Notes: generated from the letters alone by a model not told the origin. Counted from the first letter of the stretch, positions 50,270-64,000 are shown. The stretch is 64,000 bases of DNA from Felis catus (GCF_018350175.1 NC_058373.1:103542001-103606000); one strand, 5' to 3'. A program made the numbers and translations.

Positions 50270-53200
50270 ATGGCAATAAATTCATATCTTTCAGTACTCA
50301 CTCTAAATGTCAATGGACTCAATGCTCCAGTCAAAAGACATAGGGTAACAGAATGGATAAGAAAACAAGATCCATCTATGTGCTTTTTACAAGAGACTCA
50401 GTTTAGACCTAAAGACACCACCAGGTTGAAAATAAGGGGATGCAGAACCATCTATCATGCTAACGGTCAACAAAAGAAAGCCAGAATAGCCATACTTGTA
50501 TCAGACAATCTAGAGTTTAAAATAAAGACTGTATCAAGAGATGCAGAAGGGCATTATATCACACTTAAGGGGTCTATCCACCAAGAAGACCTAACAATTG
50601 TAAACATTTATGTGCCAAATGTGGTAGCACCCAAATATATAAATCAATTCATCACAAACACAAAGAAACTCATTGATATTAATACCATAATAGTAGGGGA
50701 CTTAAACACCCCACTCACAGCAATGGACAGATCATATAATCAAAAAATCAACAAGGAAAAAATGGGTTTGAATAACACACTGAACCAGATGGACTTAACA
50801 GATATATTCAGAACATTTCATCCTAAAGCAGCAGAATATACATTCTTCAGTGTACATGGAACGTTCTCCAGAATAGGCCACTGGGACACAAATCAGCCCT
50901 CAGCAAGTACTAAAAGATCGAGATCACACCGTGCATATTTTCAGACCACAACGCTATGAAACTTGAAATCAACCACAAGAAAAAATTTGGAAAGGTAACA
51001 AATACTTGGAGACTAAAGAACATCCTACTAATGAATGAATAGGCCAACCAAGAAGTTAAAGGGGAAATTAAAAAGCTCATGGAAGCCAATGAAAATGATA
51101 ACACCACAACCCAAAACCGTAGCAAAAGTGGTCATAAGAGGAAAGTATATAGCAATCCAGGCCTTCCTGAAGAAGGAAGAAAGATCTCAGATACACAACC
51201 TAACCTTATGCCTTAAAGAGCTGAAAAAAGACAAGCAAATAAAACCCAAAACCAGCAGAAGAGAGGAAATAAAAAAGATTAGAGCAGAAATTAATGCTAT
51301 CAAAACCAAAAAAAAAAAAAAAAACAGTAGAACAGATCAATGAAACCAGAAGCTCGTTCTTTGAAAGAATTAACAAAATTGATAAATCACTAGCCAGTTT
51401 GATCAAAAAGAAAAAGGAAAAGACCCAAATAAATAAAATCAAGAATGAAAGAGGAGAGATCACAACCAACACAGTAGAAATAAAAACAATAATAAGAGAA
51501 TATTATGAGCAATTATATGCCACTAAAATGGGCAATCTGGAATAAATGGACAAATTCCTAGAAACATATACACTACCAAAACTGAAACAAAAAGAAAAAG
51601 AAAATTTGAACAGACCCATAACCAGTAAAGAAATCAAACTAGTAATCAAAAATCTCCCAAAAAACAAGAGTCCAGGGCCAGATGGCTTTCCAAGGGAATT
51701 CTACCAATCATTTAAGGAAGAGTTAACACCTATTCTCTTGAAGCTGTTCCAAAAAATAGAAATGCAAAGAAAACTTCCAAACTCTTTCCAGGAAGCCAGC
51801 ATTACTTTGATTCCAAAACCAGACAGAGACCCCACTAAAAAGGAGAACTATTGACCAATTTCCCTGATGAACATGGATGCAAAAATCCTCAACAAGATAT
51901 TAGCCAACCGGATCCAACAATACATTAAAAAAATTATTAACCACGACCAAGTGGGATTTATACCTGGGATGCAGGGCTGGTTCAATATCCACAAAACAAT
52001 CAATGTGATTCATCACATCAATAAAAGAAAAGACAAGAACCATATGATCCTCTCAATAGATGCAGAGAACCCATTTGACAAAATACAGCATCCTTTCTTG
52101 ATAAAAATCCTCAAGAAAGTAGGGATAGAAGGATCATGCCTCAAGATCCTAAAAGCCATATATGAAAGACCCAACGCTAATATCATCCTCAATGGGGAAA
52201 ACTGAGAGCTTTCCCCCTAAGGTCAGGACAAGACAGGGATGTCCACTCTCACCACTCTTATTCAACATAGTATTGGAAGTCTTAGCCTCTGCAATCACAA
52301 CACAAAGAAATAAAAAGCATCCAAACTGGCCAGGAGGAGGTGAAACGTACACTCTTAGCAGATGACATGATACTCTGTATGGAAAATCCAAAAGATTCCA
52401 CCAAAAAACTGGTAGAATTGATTCATGAATTCAGCAAAGTTGCATGATATAAAATCAATGCACAGAAATCGGTTGCATTCCTATACACCAACAATGAAGC
52501 AACGGAAAGAGAAATCAAGGAATCGATCCCATATACAATTGCACCAAAAACCATAAAAGACGTAGGAATAAATCTAACCAAAGAGGTGAAAAATCTATAC
52601 ACTGAAAACTATAGAAAGCTTATGAAAGAAATTGAAGAAGACACACAAAAAATGGAAAAACATTCCATGCTCCTGGATAGGAAGAACAAATATTGCTAAA
52701 ATGTTGATACCAACCCAAAGCAATCTACATATTCAATGAAATCCCTATCAAAATAACACCAGCATTCTTCACAGAGCTAGAACAATCCTAAAATTTGTAT
52801 GGAACCAGAAAAGACCCCGAATAGCCAAAGAAATCTTGAAAAAGAAAACCAAAGCAGGAGGTATCACAATCCTGGACTTCAAGCTATGCTACAAAGCTGT
52901 AATCCTCAAGACAGTATGATACTGGCAAAAAAACAGACACTCAGATCAATGGAAAAGAATAGAGAACCCAGAAATGGACCCACAAATGTATGGCCAACTA
53001 ATCTTTGACAAAACAGGAAAGAATGGAATAAAGACAGTCTCTTCAGCAAGTGGTGCTGGGAAAACTGGACAGCAACATGCAGAAGAATGAACCTGGACCA
53101 CTTTCTTACACCATACACAAAAATAAACTCAAAATGGATGAAAGACCTCAATATAAGACAGGAAGCCATCAAAATCCTCGAGGAGAGGGGCGCCTGGGTG

Positions 53201-54303
53201 GCTCAGTCGGTTAAGCGTCCGACTTCGGCTCAGGTCACGATCTTGCAGTCCATGAGTTCGAGCCCCGCGTCGGGCTCTGTGCTGACTGCTCAGAGCGTGG
53301 AACCTATTTCAGATTCTGTGTCTCCCTCTCTCTCTGACCCTCCCCCGTTCATGCTCTGTCTCTCTCTGTCTCAAAAATAAATAAACGTTAAAAAAAATTC
53401 TTTAAAAAAAAATTCCTCAAGGAGAAAGCAGGCAAAAACCTCTTTGATTTTGGCCGCAGCAACTTCTTACTCAACACATCTCCAGAGGCAAGGGAAACAA
53501 AAGCAAAAATGAACTATTGGGACCTCATCAAAATAAAAAGCTTCTGCACAGCGAAGGAAACAATCAGCAAAACTAAAAGGCAAACCGACAGAATGGGAGA
53601 AGATATTTGCAAATGATGTATCAGATACAGGGTTAGTATCCAAAATCTACAAAGAACTTATCAAACTCAACACCCAAAAAACAAATAATCCAGTGAAGAA
53701 ATGGGCAGAAGACATGAATAGACACTTCTCCAAAGAAGGCATCCAGATGGCCAACCGACACATGAAAAAATGCTCCACATTACTCCTCATCAGAGAAATA
53801 CAAATCAAAACCACAATGAGATGCCACCTTACACCTGTCAGAATGGCTAACATTGACAACTCAGGCAACAACAGATGTTGGCGAGGATGTGGAGAAAGAG
53901 GATTTCTTTTGCATTGTTGATGGGAATGCAAGCTGGTGCAGCCACTCTGGAAAACAGTATGGAGGTTCCTCAAAAAATTAAAAATAGAACTACCCTACTA
54001 CCCAGCAATTACACTACTAGGTATTTATCCAAGGGATACAGGTGTGCTATTTTGAAGGGACATATGTACCCCAATGTTTATAGCAGCACTATCAATAATA
54101 GCCAAAGTATGGAAAGAGCCCAAATGTCCATAGGTGGATGAATGGATAAAGAAGATGTGGTATATATATACAATGGAGTATTACTCGGCAATCAAAAAGA
54201 ATGAAATCTTGCCATTTGTAACTACGTGGATGGAACTAGAGGGTATTATGCTAAGTGAAATTAGTCAGAGAAAGACAAATATCATATGACTTCACTCATA
54301 TGA
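50270..54303 (+). pseudogene. L1 ORF2p (APE endonuclease, reverse transcriptase, Cys-rich C-terminus), disabled
   Basis: [51 protein letters not shown] and CWRGCGE motifs; many stops and frameshifts plus a SINE insertion. Confidence 0.97.
53187..53409 (+). mobile_element. Can-SINE inserted in L1 ORF2
   Basis: TSD AAAATCCTCGAGGAGA (53171-53186) / AAATTCCTCAAGGAGA (53410-53425). Confidence 0.97.
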
Positions 54304-54849
54304 GTACTTTAAGACACAGAACAGATGAACGTAAGGGGAGGGAAGCAAAAATAATATAAAAACAAGGAGAGGGACAAAACATAAGAGAACAAACAGAGGG
54401 TTACTGGAGGGGTTGTGGGAGGGGAGATGGGCTAAACGGGTAAGGGGCATTAAGGAATCTACTCCTGAAATCATTGTTGCACTATATGCTAATAATTTGG
54501 ATGTAAATTAGAAAAATAAAATAAAAATAAAAACTAAAAAAAATAATAAGAAAAGGAAAGGAGGAAGGGAGAGAGAAAGGAAGAGAATAGAATGAACAAA
54601 CTGGTATAGACAAATGATGAGTCACAAAATAAGATCAGAACCGAATACTTGACATCAGTGCCACTTATGGTAGAACTCCAAGCTAAGCTATTAAGATAAG
54701 ACCTAATTTGAAGCTGTGGAGCTTTCCATGTTAAAGGGGAAGTAACTATAAGACAGTCTTAGAATATACATGAGGAAAAACTCACAATAGAAAATATGCA
54801 TGCAAACTATAATCTTAAGACCAACGAGGGTCTAACTGGCATGAAATAA

Positions 54850-55965
54850 AGTCAACAAATTGACGAAATGGGAAAATGCACACCTGAGGAAATAAATACA
54901 ATAGAGCAAGTCTCAGGGCAGTAAGAAAAAACTAGCAAGCATAAAACAAAAACTGGAAATTATGAGAAAAACTTATAATTATGAAAAACATATAGGGGTG
55001 CCTGGGTGGCTCAGGAGGTTGAGCGCCTGACTTGGGCTCAGGTCATGATCTCGCAGTTCATGAGTTCGAGCTCCATGTTGGGCTCAGTGCTGACAGCTCA
55101 GAACTGGAGACTGCTTTGGATTCTGCATCTTCCTCTCTCACTGCTCCTCCCCCACTCACATTCTGTCTCTGTCTCTCTCTCAAAAATAAATAAAACGTTA
55201 AAAAAAGAAAAATTTATAATTATGAAAACTTGTAATTATGAAATTATGAATAGGACAATAAAGGATAAGAATTAATTAGAAATCATGAAGTGAAAAATAC
55301 AGTTGATTATATATACTGTTAAAAAATTCATTAGATGAGCTTGCTTGTAGCCTATTTATGACTGAAAAGATATTTAGTAAATTGGAAGAAAGAATTAAGT
55401 AAATCTCTCAAAATGTATCTCAGAGAGATTAGAAATGGAAAATGTGAAAGAGATGTAGAAACAAAGGGAAATTCAACTGGCATTCCAGGAGGAAAGATAA
55501 CATGATAAAGAAACAATCTTTGAAAATATAATAGCTAATAATTTTCCAAACCAAAAGCACAAATGAGTACCAAGCAGAATAAAAAAGTTCTGTGTAGAAA
55601 GTTCTATGCCCAGATACATCACAGAAAATGCAAAAATAATGAAGGTGAGGGAAAAAAAAATCCCAAGGCAAAGTAGGTAAAAGAATGACAGATTGGTAGT
55701 GGATTTCTTAGCAGTAGATGGCAGAGGGGGAAAAATACAGTAATGAAAGAACTGAGGGGAAAATGATGAATCTAAAATTCTATACCCAGCTAAATCATGA
55801 TTCAGAATCATGGTGAAACAAGTGACAAATATAAATACACAGAGATTCAGAAGCTACTCAAAGATTACATTAAAAAAAAAAAAAAAGAAAAGATGAACCC
55901 AAAAGGAAATGGCATGATGAAAGAAGAAATAATGGGGAAAAAAATGAAAAACATGTTGGCAAATC
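54850..55965 (+). mobile_element. Ancient L1/HAL1 ORF1 remnant
   Basis: A-rich; 'ggcattccaggagga..aaacaatctttgaaaatataatagctaataattttccaaa' and 'ctaaaattctatacccagctaaa' correspond to ORF1 motifs GIP, NFP and ILYPAK. Confidence 0.7.
54995..55208 (+). mobile_element. Can-SINE
   Basis: Full body; TTATAATTATGAAAA repeated on both flanks. Confidence 0.93.
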
Positions 55966-55967
55966 TA

Positions 55968-56223
55968 TTTATTTATTTATTTATTTATTTATTATTTTTT
56001 ATTTTTAAAAAAAATTTTTTTTAACGTTTATTTATTTTTGAGACAGAGACAGAGCATGAACGGGGGAGGGGCAGAGAGAGAGAGGGAGACACAGAATCGG
56101 AAGCAGGCTCCAGGCTCTGAGCCATCAGCCCAGAGCCCGACGCAGGGCTCGAACTCACGGACCGTGAGATCGTGACCTGAGCCGAAGTCGGACGCTCAAC
56201 CGACTGAGCCACCCAGGTGCCCC
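55968..56223 (-). mobile_element. Can-SINE (SINEC_Fc)
   Basis: TSD ATGTTGGCAAATCTA (55953-55967 / 56226-56240). Confidence 0.97.
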
Positions 56224-57299
56224 ATATGTTGGCAAATCTAAATATTGCCTGAGAAAGCACTTTATTTAAATATAAATACTATCACGTATTTACATTTTTC
56301 TCATGTCCACTATCGTTACTCCATAGGACTGATGTCGGCTCTCACCTAGATTACCAGTTTGGTTACTGCTAACCAATTTCCCTGCCTCTACTCTTACTTA
56401 TCTTTCTTCTCCACTACACAACCAGAGTGAAATCCCTACAACATAAATCATACAACCCTTTGACAATTTCCGAATATTTTTTTAGGAAAGAGGTGTTAGA
56501 ATTACATGTATGAGCAGATAAAATACGACACTAGCTTGAGTTTTGTTTTTGCTGCTCTAGATACTTTTTCTTTCTCCGTTCCAAAAAGGAAGTCAGATCT
56601 TTGAGCTCATGTGGCTCTGCATTGGGGAACTAAAAGGAAAGGTTACCAGGAAGAAGACAACTCCAGACCCAGGTTTATCTGTGACAGTTGGGCTCATGGA
56701 TCTTATCCTATCCCAAAGAGAGAGAGGAAAGGCAGGAAATCTGAGGATTTAAGACACAGAAGTAACCAAACTAGAGAGGTGAGACAGATTTCCAGAGATA
56801 AGAGATCAGATTCTCAAAGGTTTTCAAGCAGGTAGAGACCAAGGTTCATTTGCTAGCAACACTTGAGACTAAGCAATGATGGAGAATGCTGGAGTGGGGT
56901 AAAGGGAACAAGGATGGGGCTGTATAGACACAGAAATATCTCTTTCATATCTGGGGGGATATTTCTGCAGGCCCAAACCTGGCATTGGCATTGATGACAT
57001 CTGCCTTCAAGGGAGATTGTGGATTTGGACAATGGGCACATCAGTAGAGGCCAACATACAGATTAAGCCCAGAATGTTGTGGCCATGTAAGCCCCAAGAT
57101 TCTCATAAGACCGGGAGAGAGAGGAAAGAAGCCCCACTAATGACTTGGGTAAATTTCCTAACAACCAAATGGGATAGAGACTCAAAACAGATTAAGTTTG
57201 AACTACTGAAATAAAATCAATGTACACTGATGGTGTGAATTAAAATTCCTCTCTGCTCCACTCTCCATGATGTAGCCTCCCTGGACCTACCTTAGCCTC

Positions 57300-57915
57300 A
57301 TCCTTTACAGCCTACCCTGTGCTCTGCATTCTAGGCCCACAGATCTGTTTGCTTGAGTACACCATGACTTCCTCAACTCCAGGTGTTCACACACAAACCC
57401 CAACCCACCCACCCACCCAGGCAGCCCTTTTCCAGCAAACTCCAAACTCTTTCTCCACGTCAGGCCTCAGCGTCTTTAAAGCCACCTGTGTGATCCCATA
57501 ACACCCTGCACGTCCCCATCATAGCCCTCATCACACGGTATTTTGATTGCCAGATTATTTATTGTCCTTCATAATAAGGTCTGTAAACTCTGGGAGGACA
57601 GAAATAATGCCTGCCATACTTTTAATTGCTTACCAGTGCACAAGGCTTGGCACACAATAGATAGATACCCAATTGATGTTTCTGAGGTGAATAATAATAA
57701 GAACAAACATTTGTTGGAGGCTTTACTTTGTTCCAGGCTGGCTGCTAAGGACTTAACCTAGATTGTTTCATTAAATTCTCATCATATCCCCATTTTATAA
57801 ATGGGAAAAATAAGGTAAGATAAATTAAGCAACTTGCCCAGTTCATAGGTGATTGTGGTGGGATTGAACTCAGGCAGTCTAACACCAAAGCCCATGGAGT
57901 TAACCATTGCCCTCT
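57300..57915. mobile_element. L2 3' end (+) followed by a MIR (-)
   Basis: 'ctgtaaactctgggaggacag..gcttggcacacaatag', then 'ccccattttataaatgggaaaaataagg..acttgccca'. Confidence 0.7.
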
Positions 57916-59295
57916 AGTCCTGAGAGGAGCATACATCCTGGTAGGCCAGGTACCACATATTCCTGGACTCCAGCAAGGCTACCATTCTGCTGAGAGGCCC
58001 ATCTCATCATTCATGACCACTTCCTACAGTCCAAACATACTGTCTACTCACTCCATGCCCCAACCCCTACTGCTTTTGCTACCTTCCTTCATTTCTACAA
58101 ACCTGTATGCTTATGTACTACCCTCATATCTAGGATGTTGCCTTCTAAGGTGAAAGCCTACTAAACCCATCTTCTTTCATATACATGGGGAGGAAATCCT
58201 CATTTGTCCCTCAGATATGATATTTTAATCTAAATAACACTTGATGGGTGGCACCTCATCTAATGCCACTCATTTACAGTCAGCTTATTGCCAACGTCCT
58301 GAACCCAACTCTCATGATTCAACCAAATGATGCACTCAACATGGTGTATTCCCACAAGAAAACAAAGCCCTTTTTTGCGTTTGTGGAAAAATGAAACACT
58401 AGGAATGGCATTAACTGCCTTGTCGGCCATATTCCTTCTCTTGATGCCTGAAAGGAAGTCTCATGTGTTCAGCTATTCTTCATCATGGCTTATGTTTGAC
58501 TTCACTTGGACTTGCTGTTACTATCCTTCCGAGGTGAGGATTCAACTCTCAGCATCCTCACTTTTCCCATCTCAGAGAGACAAGCGGGAGGGATAGATCT
58601 AGGGCATCGTCTAACAGGATGCAAAGCCAGGCCCAGAATCTGTGTGGGGCTCAGATTCCAGAAGTGCCCCCTCTTCCTACTCTATGCAAGCTCCCATCCT
58701 TATTGGAGCTCCCATCCTTCAAAGAGCCAGTTTCCCACTGGGCTCTACTCACCAAGAGGTAAGGGGCTTCTCCCTCCCTCATTCTATTTTCTCCCTAAGG
58801 TCCAAACAGACGAAAGATGATCCATCTTGTCTCACTTAAGTAGAGAAATTTAACGAGACACTCTTCTGATGGGTCATGAACCACTACCCTGTCACTGACT
58901 CTCAGAACATTTTGAGCCAAGGTTTGCCTTCTCCTAAACCCCAACTATTCTAAACACCCTATTTTCTAACAAGAAAGAAAAGTATCAGTCTCAGAAAATC
59001 ATTAAGATACAGTCTGACACTTATTTGACATTTTTTCTCCCTAACTTCCAATATCAGATCACCACAAGCAAACTGACACTTTTAGAGGCAAAAACCCCTG
59101 AGTTGTGTGTTTAGTGTGGCTAATGGCTCATCATAGAATTTCAGGTCAGGGAGAAGTAAAGAGTTGGGTCATGGCCTGAGTGGCCTATAGGGTACAGGTT
59201 ATTGATCCTCAACGAAGAGCACCATCCAGGGACTCTATTAACTACAGTCAGAGAGACCACTGCATAGTTCCTGGTAGGTAGACTTTCCGTATTCA

Positions 59296-60357
59296 TTTTT
59301 TTAATTTTTAAAGTTTTTGTTCAAATTCCAGTTAGTTAACATAGAGTGTAATATTAGTTTCGGGTGTACAATTTAGTGATTCAACACTTACATACGATGC
59401 CCGGTGCTCATCACAAGTGCACCACCTGCCAATACCCATCACCTATTTAATCCATCCCCCTACCCACCTCCCCTCTGGTAACCCTCTGTTCTCTACAGTT
59501 AAGAGTTTGGTTTTTTTTATTTGTCTCCACCCCGCCCTCTTTGTTTATTTGTTGTGGTTCTTAAATCCCACGTATGAGTGAAATCATATGGTATTTGTCT
59601 TTCTCAGACTGACTTATTTTGCTTCACATAATACTCTCTAGCTCCATCCCCATCATTGCAAGTTGCAAGATTTCATTCTTTTTGATGGCTGAATAAATAC
59701 CATTGTATATATGTAGCAGGATTCTAGCACAGAGAGACGTGACACTGAGGCTTTTCTTTCCAGGAAGCAACTTTATTCCTGCTGCCACCGCTCAGTTGGT
59801 TTCGTACCCAAAGACCTGAGCCCCGAACTCCACAAAGCGTAGTTTTTTAAAATATATTTTGTACTTCTTTGTCTCCCAGATATGGTAACACACAACCATG
59901 TAGTCTGATTAAGTAGTCTCATGTTACAAGGTCGTGAGGGATGTTGCCAAGCACGCCAATAGCCAAGTTGCCTTGGGGTTTTGTTTTGGTTTTTCTTTCC
60001 TTAAGGAGGGGACCCTACCACATATATACCACATCTTCTTTATCCATTCATTAGTCAACGGACGTTTGGGCTCTTTTCATGATTTGACTATCGTAGACAA
60101 TGCTGCTATAAATATTGAGATGCATGTATATTTTGGTAAATACCTTGTGGTGCTATTGCTGGATTGTAGGGTTCTATTTTGAAATTTTTGAGGAACCTCC
60201 ATACCGTTTCCCAGAGTGGCTGCACCAGTTTGCATTCCCACCAGCAGTGCAAGAGAGTTCTCCTTTCTCTACGCCCTCACCAGCACCTGCTGTTTCTCCT
60301 GCTGTTAATTTTAGCCATTCTGACAGGTGTGAGGTGATATGTCATTACAGTTTTAAC
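59296..60357 (-). mobile_element. Carnivore L1 3' fragment split by a solo LTR
   Basis: Antisense 3'UTR and ORF2 end ('gagtgaaatcatatggtatttgtc', 'ttgcattcccaccagcagtg', 'tagccattctgacaggtgtgag'). Confidence 0.92.
59712..60022 (-). mobile_element. Short solo ERV LTR (311 bp)
   Basis: TG...CA termini, TATATA on both flanks (59706-59711 / 60023-60028), AATAAA on the - strand at about 59772; L1 is contiguous across it. Confidence 0.88.
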
Positions 60358-61682
60358 TGTATGTGGGATCACTACTCATATGCATATATATGAAAATATT
60401 TAATTCAATTTATCAACTGTTATAAACTCATCAAGATGTTGCATATCTATACTTCAGTAATTTTTCTATAGATGTTGGAAGCCTCAATGCAGAAAACCTG
60501 AGAGAAAAGAAAAGGAACTAGACTGAGAGTCAGGTACTAGATCATTATTCCTGTGATTTGGAGCTTATAAACCCCGTCATAAGGAAGGTCCTTTCTTCTA
60601 CTAACCAAATGCCTTTGATGACTTTGGGCACCCTGGTTTGGGCAACCTAATATGCTGTACGTAAAAAGGGGGAAGAACTTGAGTTTGCACAGGCACCTTT
60701 GGGAGAGAGGAGGAGGAGGAGGAGAGCGCGAGTAGGAAGCTGAGGTGATGGTTGTTGGTGGAACACTTCTTTCCATTCTACTAGAACTCAGCTCATTTGG
60801 CACAAGTGGATTTCCATGAAAACTGTAAAAAGGGCTGCGTTTGGGCTGATGCAGCATGACCAAAGAGCTAGAGGCAGAGGGAACATGGCGGCAAGGTTTC
60901 CCACCCCCAAATATTGGGAAGGGATTTAGAGTTCCACAGACCATGGAATTAGGTGTTTATCCAAGTTAGACTACGTCTCCAGGGAGGAAGGAGCTTCCCA
61001 GATCCCAGCTAGGCTGCAAATGGATGCTTTGTTTCTTTCATACATTCTCCTTTCTAACAAATTAACTTTGAAATGGAAGTAGAAAAGTATGACTTTTATT
61101 TACCCTATTTTAAAATCGTATCCTCGGCTCTTTCTTCTAAATGTTAGATAATGGTAATGAAAGCCAATATTTATTGTAACTCACAATGAGCCAGTCTTTG
61201 TTCTTTTCATTATTTTACTTACTGTTCAGACCAAACTTACAAAGATTGTGCTATTGTCCTTCTCATTTTTTAAATGAGCAATCTGAGGGCCAGAGAAGCT
61301 AAGAAGCTTGTTCAAGATCACAAGGAAAATTAGTAGGGCCAGGAGTTAACACAAGCTGCTCCCTGAACTACTATGAAAATATTTAATGTCACGTATATGC
61401 TATAATTACTTTTAAAATTACTGTATAGTTCCATGTCTCTTAAATTTCTTTTGTCATTTGATTTATATCTTAAGTCTGCTTTAGGAAAGATCTTCCTTAG
61501 AGTGGGTGGTTTAGATATAATCTCTTTTGAAAATAATTGGTAAAGTTACATATCCCCTCTACAACCTTTCTACTGCCAATCACCAAATATGTTATGAGTG
61601 CTTATCTAGGTACTATGATAGGCACTAAGATAAATCCACCGCTATAGTATTCAATATCCATATTCAATCTAATAGGAACATT

Positions 61683-61684
<2 letters not shown>

Positions 61685-61721
<37 letters not shown>

Positions 61722-61771
61722 TGGTTTATTTATTTTCTTTATTTTTAAATTTTTTAAAATATTTATTTATT

Positions 61772-61809
<38 letters not shown>

Positions 61810-61986
61810 TGTGAGTGAGCAGGGGGCGGAGGGAGACACAGAATCTGAGGCAGGCTCCAGGCTCTGAGCTGTCACCACAAAGCCCAAAGTGGGGCTTGAA
61901 CTCACGAACTGTGAGATCATGACCTGAGCCGAAGTTGAACACAGCCAACTGAGCCACCCAGGTGCCCCTAAAATTTATTTATTTAT

Positions 61987-62029
<43 letters not shown>

Positions 62030-62164
62030 ATGTGTGTGAGCAGGGAAGGGGCAGTGAGTGAGAAAGAGAGAATCCCAAGCATCTCTTAAACTCAAGAATG
62101 TGTGATCATGACCTGAGCCGAAAGCAAGTCAGACCCTTAATAGACTGAGCCACCCAGGCACCCC
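61685..62164 (-). mobile_element. Two tandem/nested Can-SINEs (about 61740-61968 and 61970-62164)
   Basis: Two heads (ending at 61968 and 62164); outer TSD AATAGG(A/T)ACATTTT at 61671-61684 / 62165-62178. Confidence 0.93.
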
Positions 62165-62499
62165 AATAGGTACATTTTAATATCATCTTTACATTTTTTA
62201 CATCTGAGTGTAAAAAAACTTCATTATTTGACCCTGAATTAGAACAAAAACATTTTGAAAATGGCACAAACCATTAAAAACTCTAGTTGAATTATTCAGG
62301 TGTAAACTCACCAGATTTTGAAACAGAAATACATGTTATAAGACTTTTCTGTGTTGGGACGAGACATTTCCTTTCTTAAATGCATATTGTGTTAATGGTT
62401 TGAATTTTCCAGCTATATTATTTCAAATGTGTTTTCTTTCCTAGGCAGAAAAAATATGTAACATTTGGCCCACACATTTTCTTTATTGTTGTATCAAGG

Positions 62500-63063
62500 G
62501 CCTTATTGGAGGGAATATGAAAGATGGCTGTAATTCCTTTCCTATTCCCTTTGCTATGTGGAGTGTAACTCCACTTCCCCTGAATCTGGGCTGGCCTTCG
62601 TAATTTGTCTGACCCATGGAATACAGCAAAAGTGACATTCTGGCCTTCTAAGGGCACAATATTAAACAAAACAGAACAAAATAAAAACTCTTGCAGCTTC
62701 CATCCTGGCCTCTCTTAATTCTTTAGGAAACTTGAGCAGGTAATAAGGTCAACTGCCCTGAGACTGCAGGGCTGGAGAAGCTACATGTGACCCCTTAGAT
62801 CAAAAGTTTCAGCTGAGCTCAGCATTCCGGCCATCCCCACCCAGGCATCAGACACGTAAGGAAGGTGTCTTGGGCCTTGCAGACCATCTATCGGCTGAAC
62901 ACCCCCAAGCGACCTGACTCCGTGCCACACAAAACAGGAGAAACTTACAGCTGAGCCCTATCCACATTTCTGACTTACAAAACTGATTTATAATAAATGG
63001 TTGCTGTGATATGCCACTAAGTTTTAGGGTAGTTTTTAAACACAAAAGCAGGTAACTGGAACA
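62500..63063 (+). mobile_element. MaLR solo LTR (MLT1G/H-like)
   Basis: 'cctgaatctgggctggcctt..gaccCatggaatacagcaaaagtgaca', ending 'aataaatggttgctg..gccactaagttttagggtag..taactggaaca'. Confidence 0.85.
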
Positions 63064-63369
63064 CAGATTTTCAAAACACTTTATGAACAATTAATTTCTC
63101 GAATCTGGATGAAATTATATTTACAAATCAAAGTAGAATGGCTAAATGCGAGACTTGTAAAAATGTAACTAAAACAGGAAACAACCGATTTAGGGCAAAC
63201 ATTTATATGGCTCCTATGTTTCAGGTTCCTCATATGCATATAATCTGCAATTCCGAACGGCTGTGGTTTCGGCTTTTTTATCATTCTCATTTTTACAAAT
63301 ACTTTCTTTTTCTTTATCAAAGTAATACAATGTACATGGCAAAATGTATAATAGAACAGTGCAACGTAT

Positions 63370-63582
63370 GGGGCGCCTGGGTGGCTCAGTGGGTTAAGCC
63401 CCGACTTCAGCTGAGGTTATGATCGCGTGATTCATGAGTTCAAGCCCCACATCAGGCTCTGACAGCTCAGAGCTTGGAGCCTGCTTTAGATTCTGTGTCT
63501 CCCTCTCTCTGCCCCTGCCCAGCTTGTGCTCTGTCTTTCTCTCTCTCAAAAATAAACATTAGAAAAAGAAAAGAAAAGAAAA
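63370..63582 (+). mobile_element. Can-SINE
   Basis: Full body; TSD AGAACAGTGCAAC. Confidence 0.95.
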
Positions 63583-64000
63583 AGAACAGTGCAACTTGTA
63601 ACGAAAGCAAAATATATAATACACAGGACAACTTCTAATGAAAGAAATATCTCACATCCTACTTCTTCCCCTCCCACAAGACTCTGTTTTCAGAGGCAAT
63701 CACTTTTAACCTTTTCTGGTTTTGGTCCTTCTCATGACTACTTCCCTAAATAATAGGCCTGAAAAGCTACCTGTTGATTTATCAATTTAAGACATTGTCT
63801 CTTGATGAATGAGCATAGACAGACAGAATGAGGGTTTGGTTCATTGCTACAATCCTCGCCTCCTTATCTAACTGCTGCCTTTTTTCCTTTAAATAACATT
63901 CTTTTTTTAGTGACATTCTTAGAGTTTTGTTTAAAGAAGTTGGTTCATTGGAAGTTTGAAGAACACTGATAGACATCACGCTATAAAACCAAGTATTTAT

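Larger units (their letters stand above)
47572..54545 (+). mobile_element. Full-length felid L1 retrotransposon (about 7 kb), inactivated
   Basis: 5' start GGAGGAGCCAAGATGGCGG, 1.7-kb 5'UTR, ORF1, ORF2, G-rich 3'UTR and A tail; TSD AAAGTAAGAAGAAAAGG (47557-47573) vs AAAATAATAAGAAAAGG (54540-54556). Confidence 0.97.

Noticed and set aside
49291..54303. Possible active L1
   Set aside because: ORF1 has a stop and a frameshift; ORF2 has many stops, frameshifts and a SINE insertion.
63782..63979. 65-aa charged ORF at the window end
   Set aside because: GTG start, adjacent to degraded L1-like sequence, no domain or splice support.
1..64000. CRISPR arrays, prokaryotic defence systems, tRNA/rRNA genes, mitochondrial inserts
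   Set aside because: No regularly spaced repeat-spacer array, operon-like structure or mitochondrial-like segment seen; the tRNA-like A/B boxes all belong to SINE heads.

Overview
Mammalian non-coding genomic DNA (intronic or intergenic), almost certainly from a felid, judging by about 29 tRNA-derived Can-SINE/SINEC_Fc copies and carnivore-type L1 ends. I found no intact protein-coding gene, RNA gene or CRISPR array. Nearly all ORFs in the supplied track are chance frames or pieces of repeats. The main feature is a full-length but inactivated L1 (about 47572-54545, with TSD and disabled ORF1/ORF2). The window also holds older L1 fragments, L2 and MIR relics, solo LTRs, Tigger and hAT DNA-transposon fossils and microsatellites. 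Repeat family names come from recognising consensus-like motifs by eye, not from a database search, and boundaries of old repeats are approximate. The most unusual observations are three locally templated insertions or repair scars, including a 41-bp inverted copy of DNA about 1 kb away placed inside a SINE; a 238-codon antisense ORF with strong Kozak context in the L1 5'UTR (ORF0-like position); a poly(A)-only retro-insertion with its own TSD; and several repeat-free, homeodomain-site-rich blocks that look like enhancers. I see no convincing evidence for a wholly new biological system.
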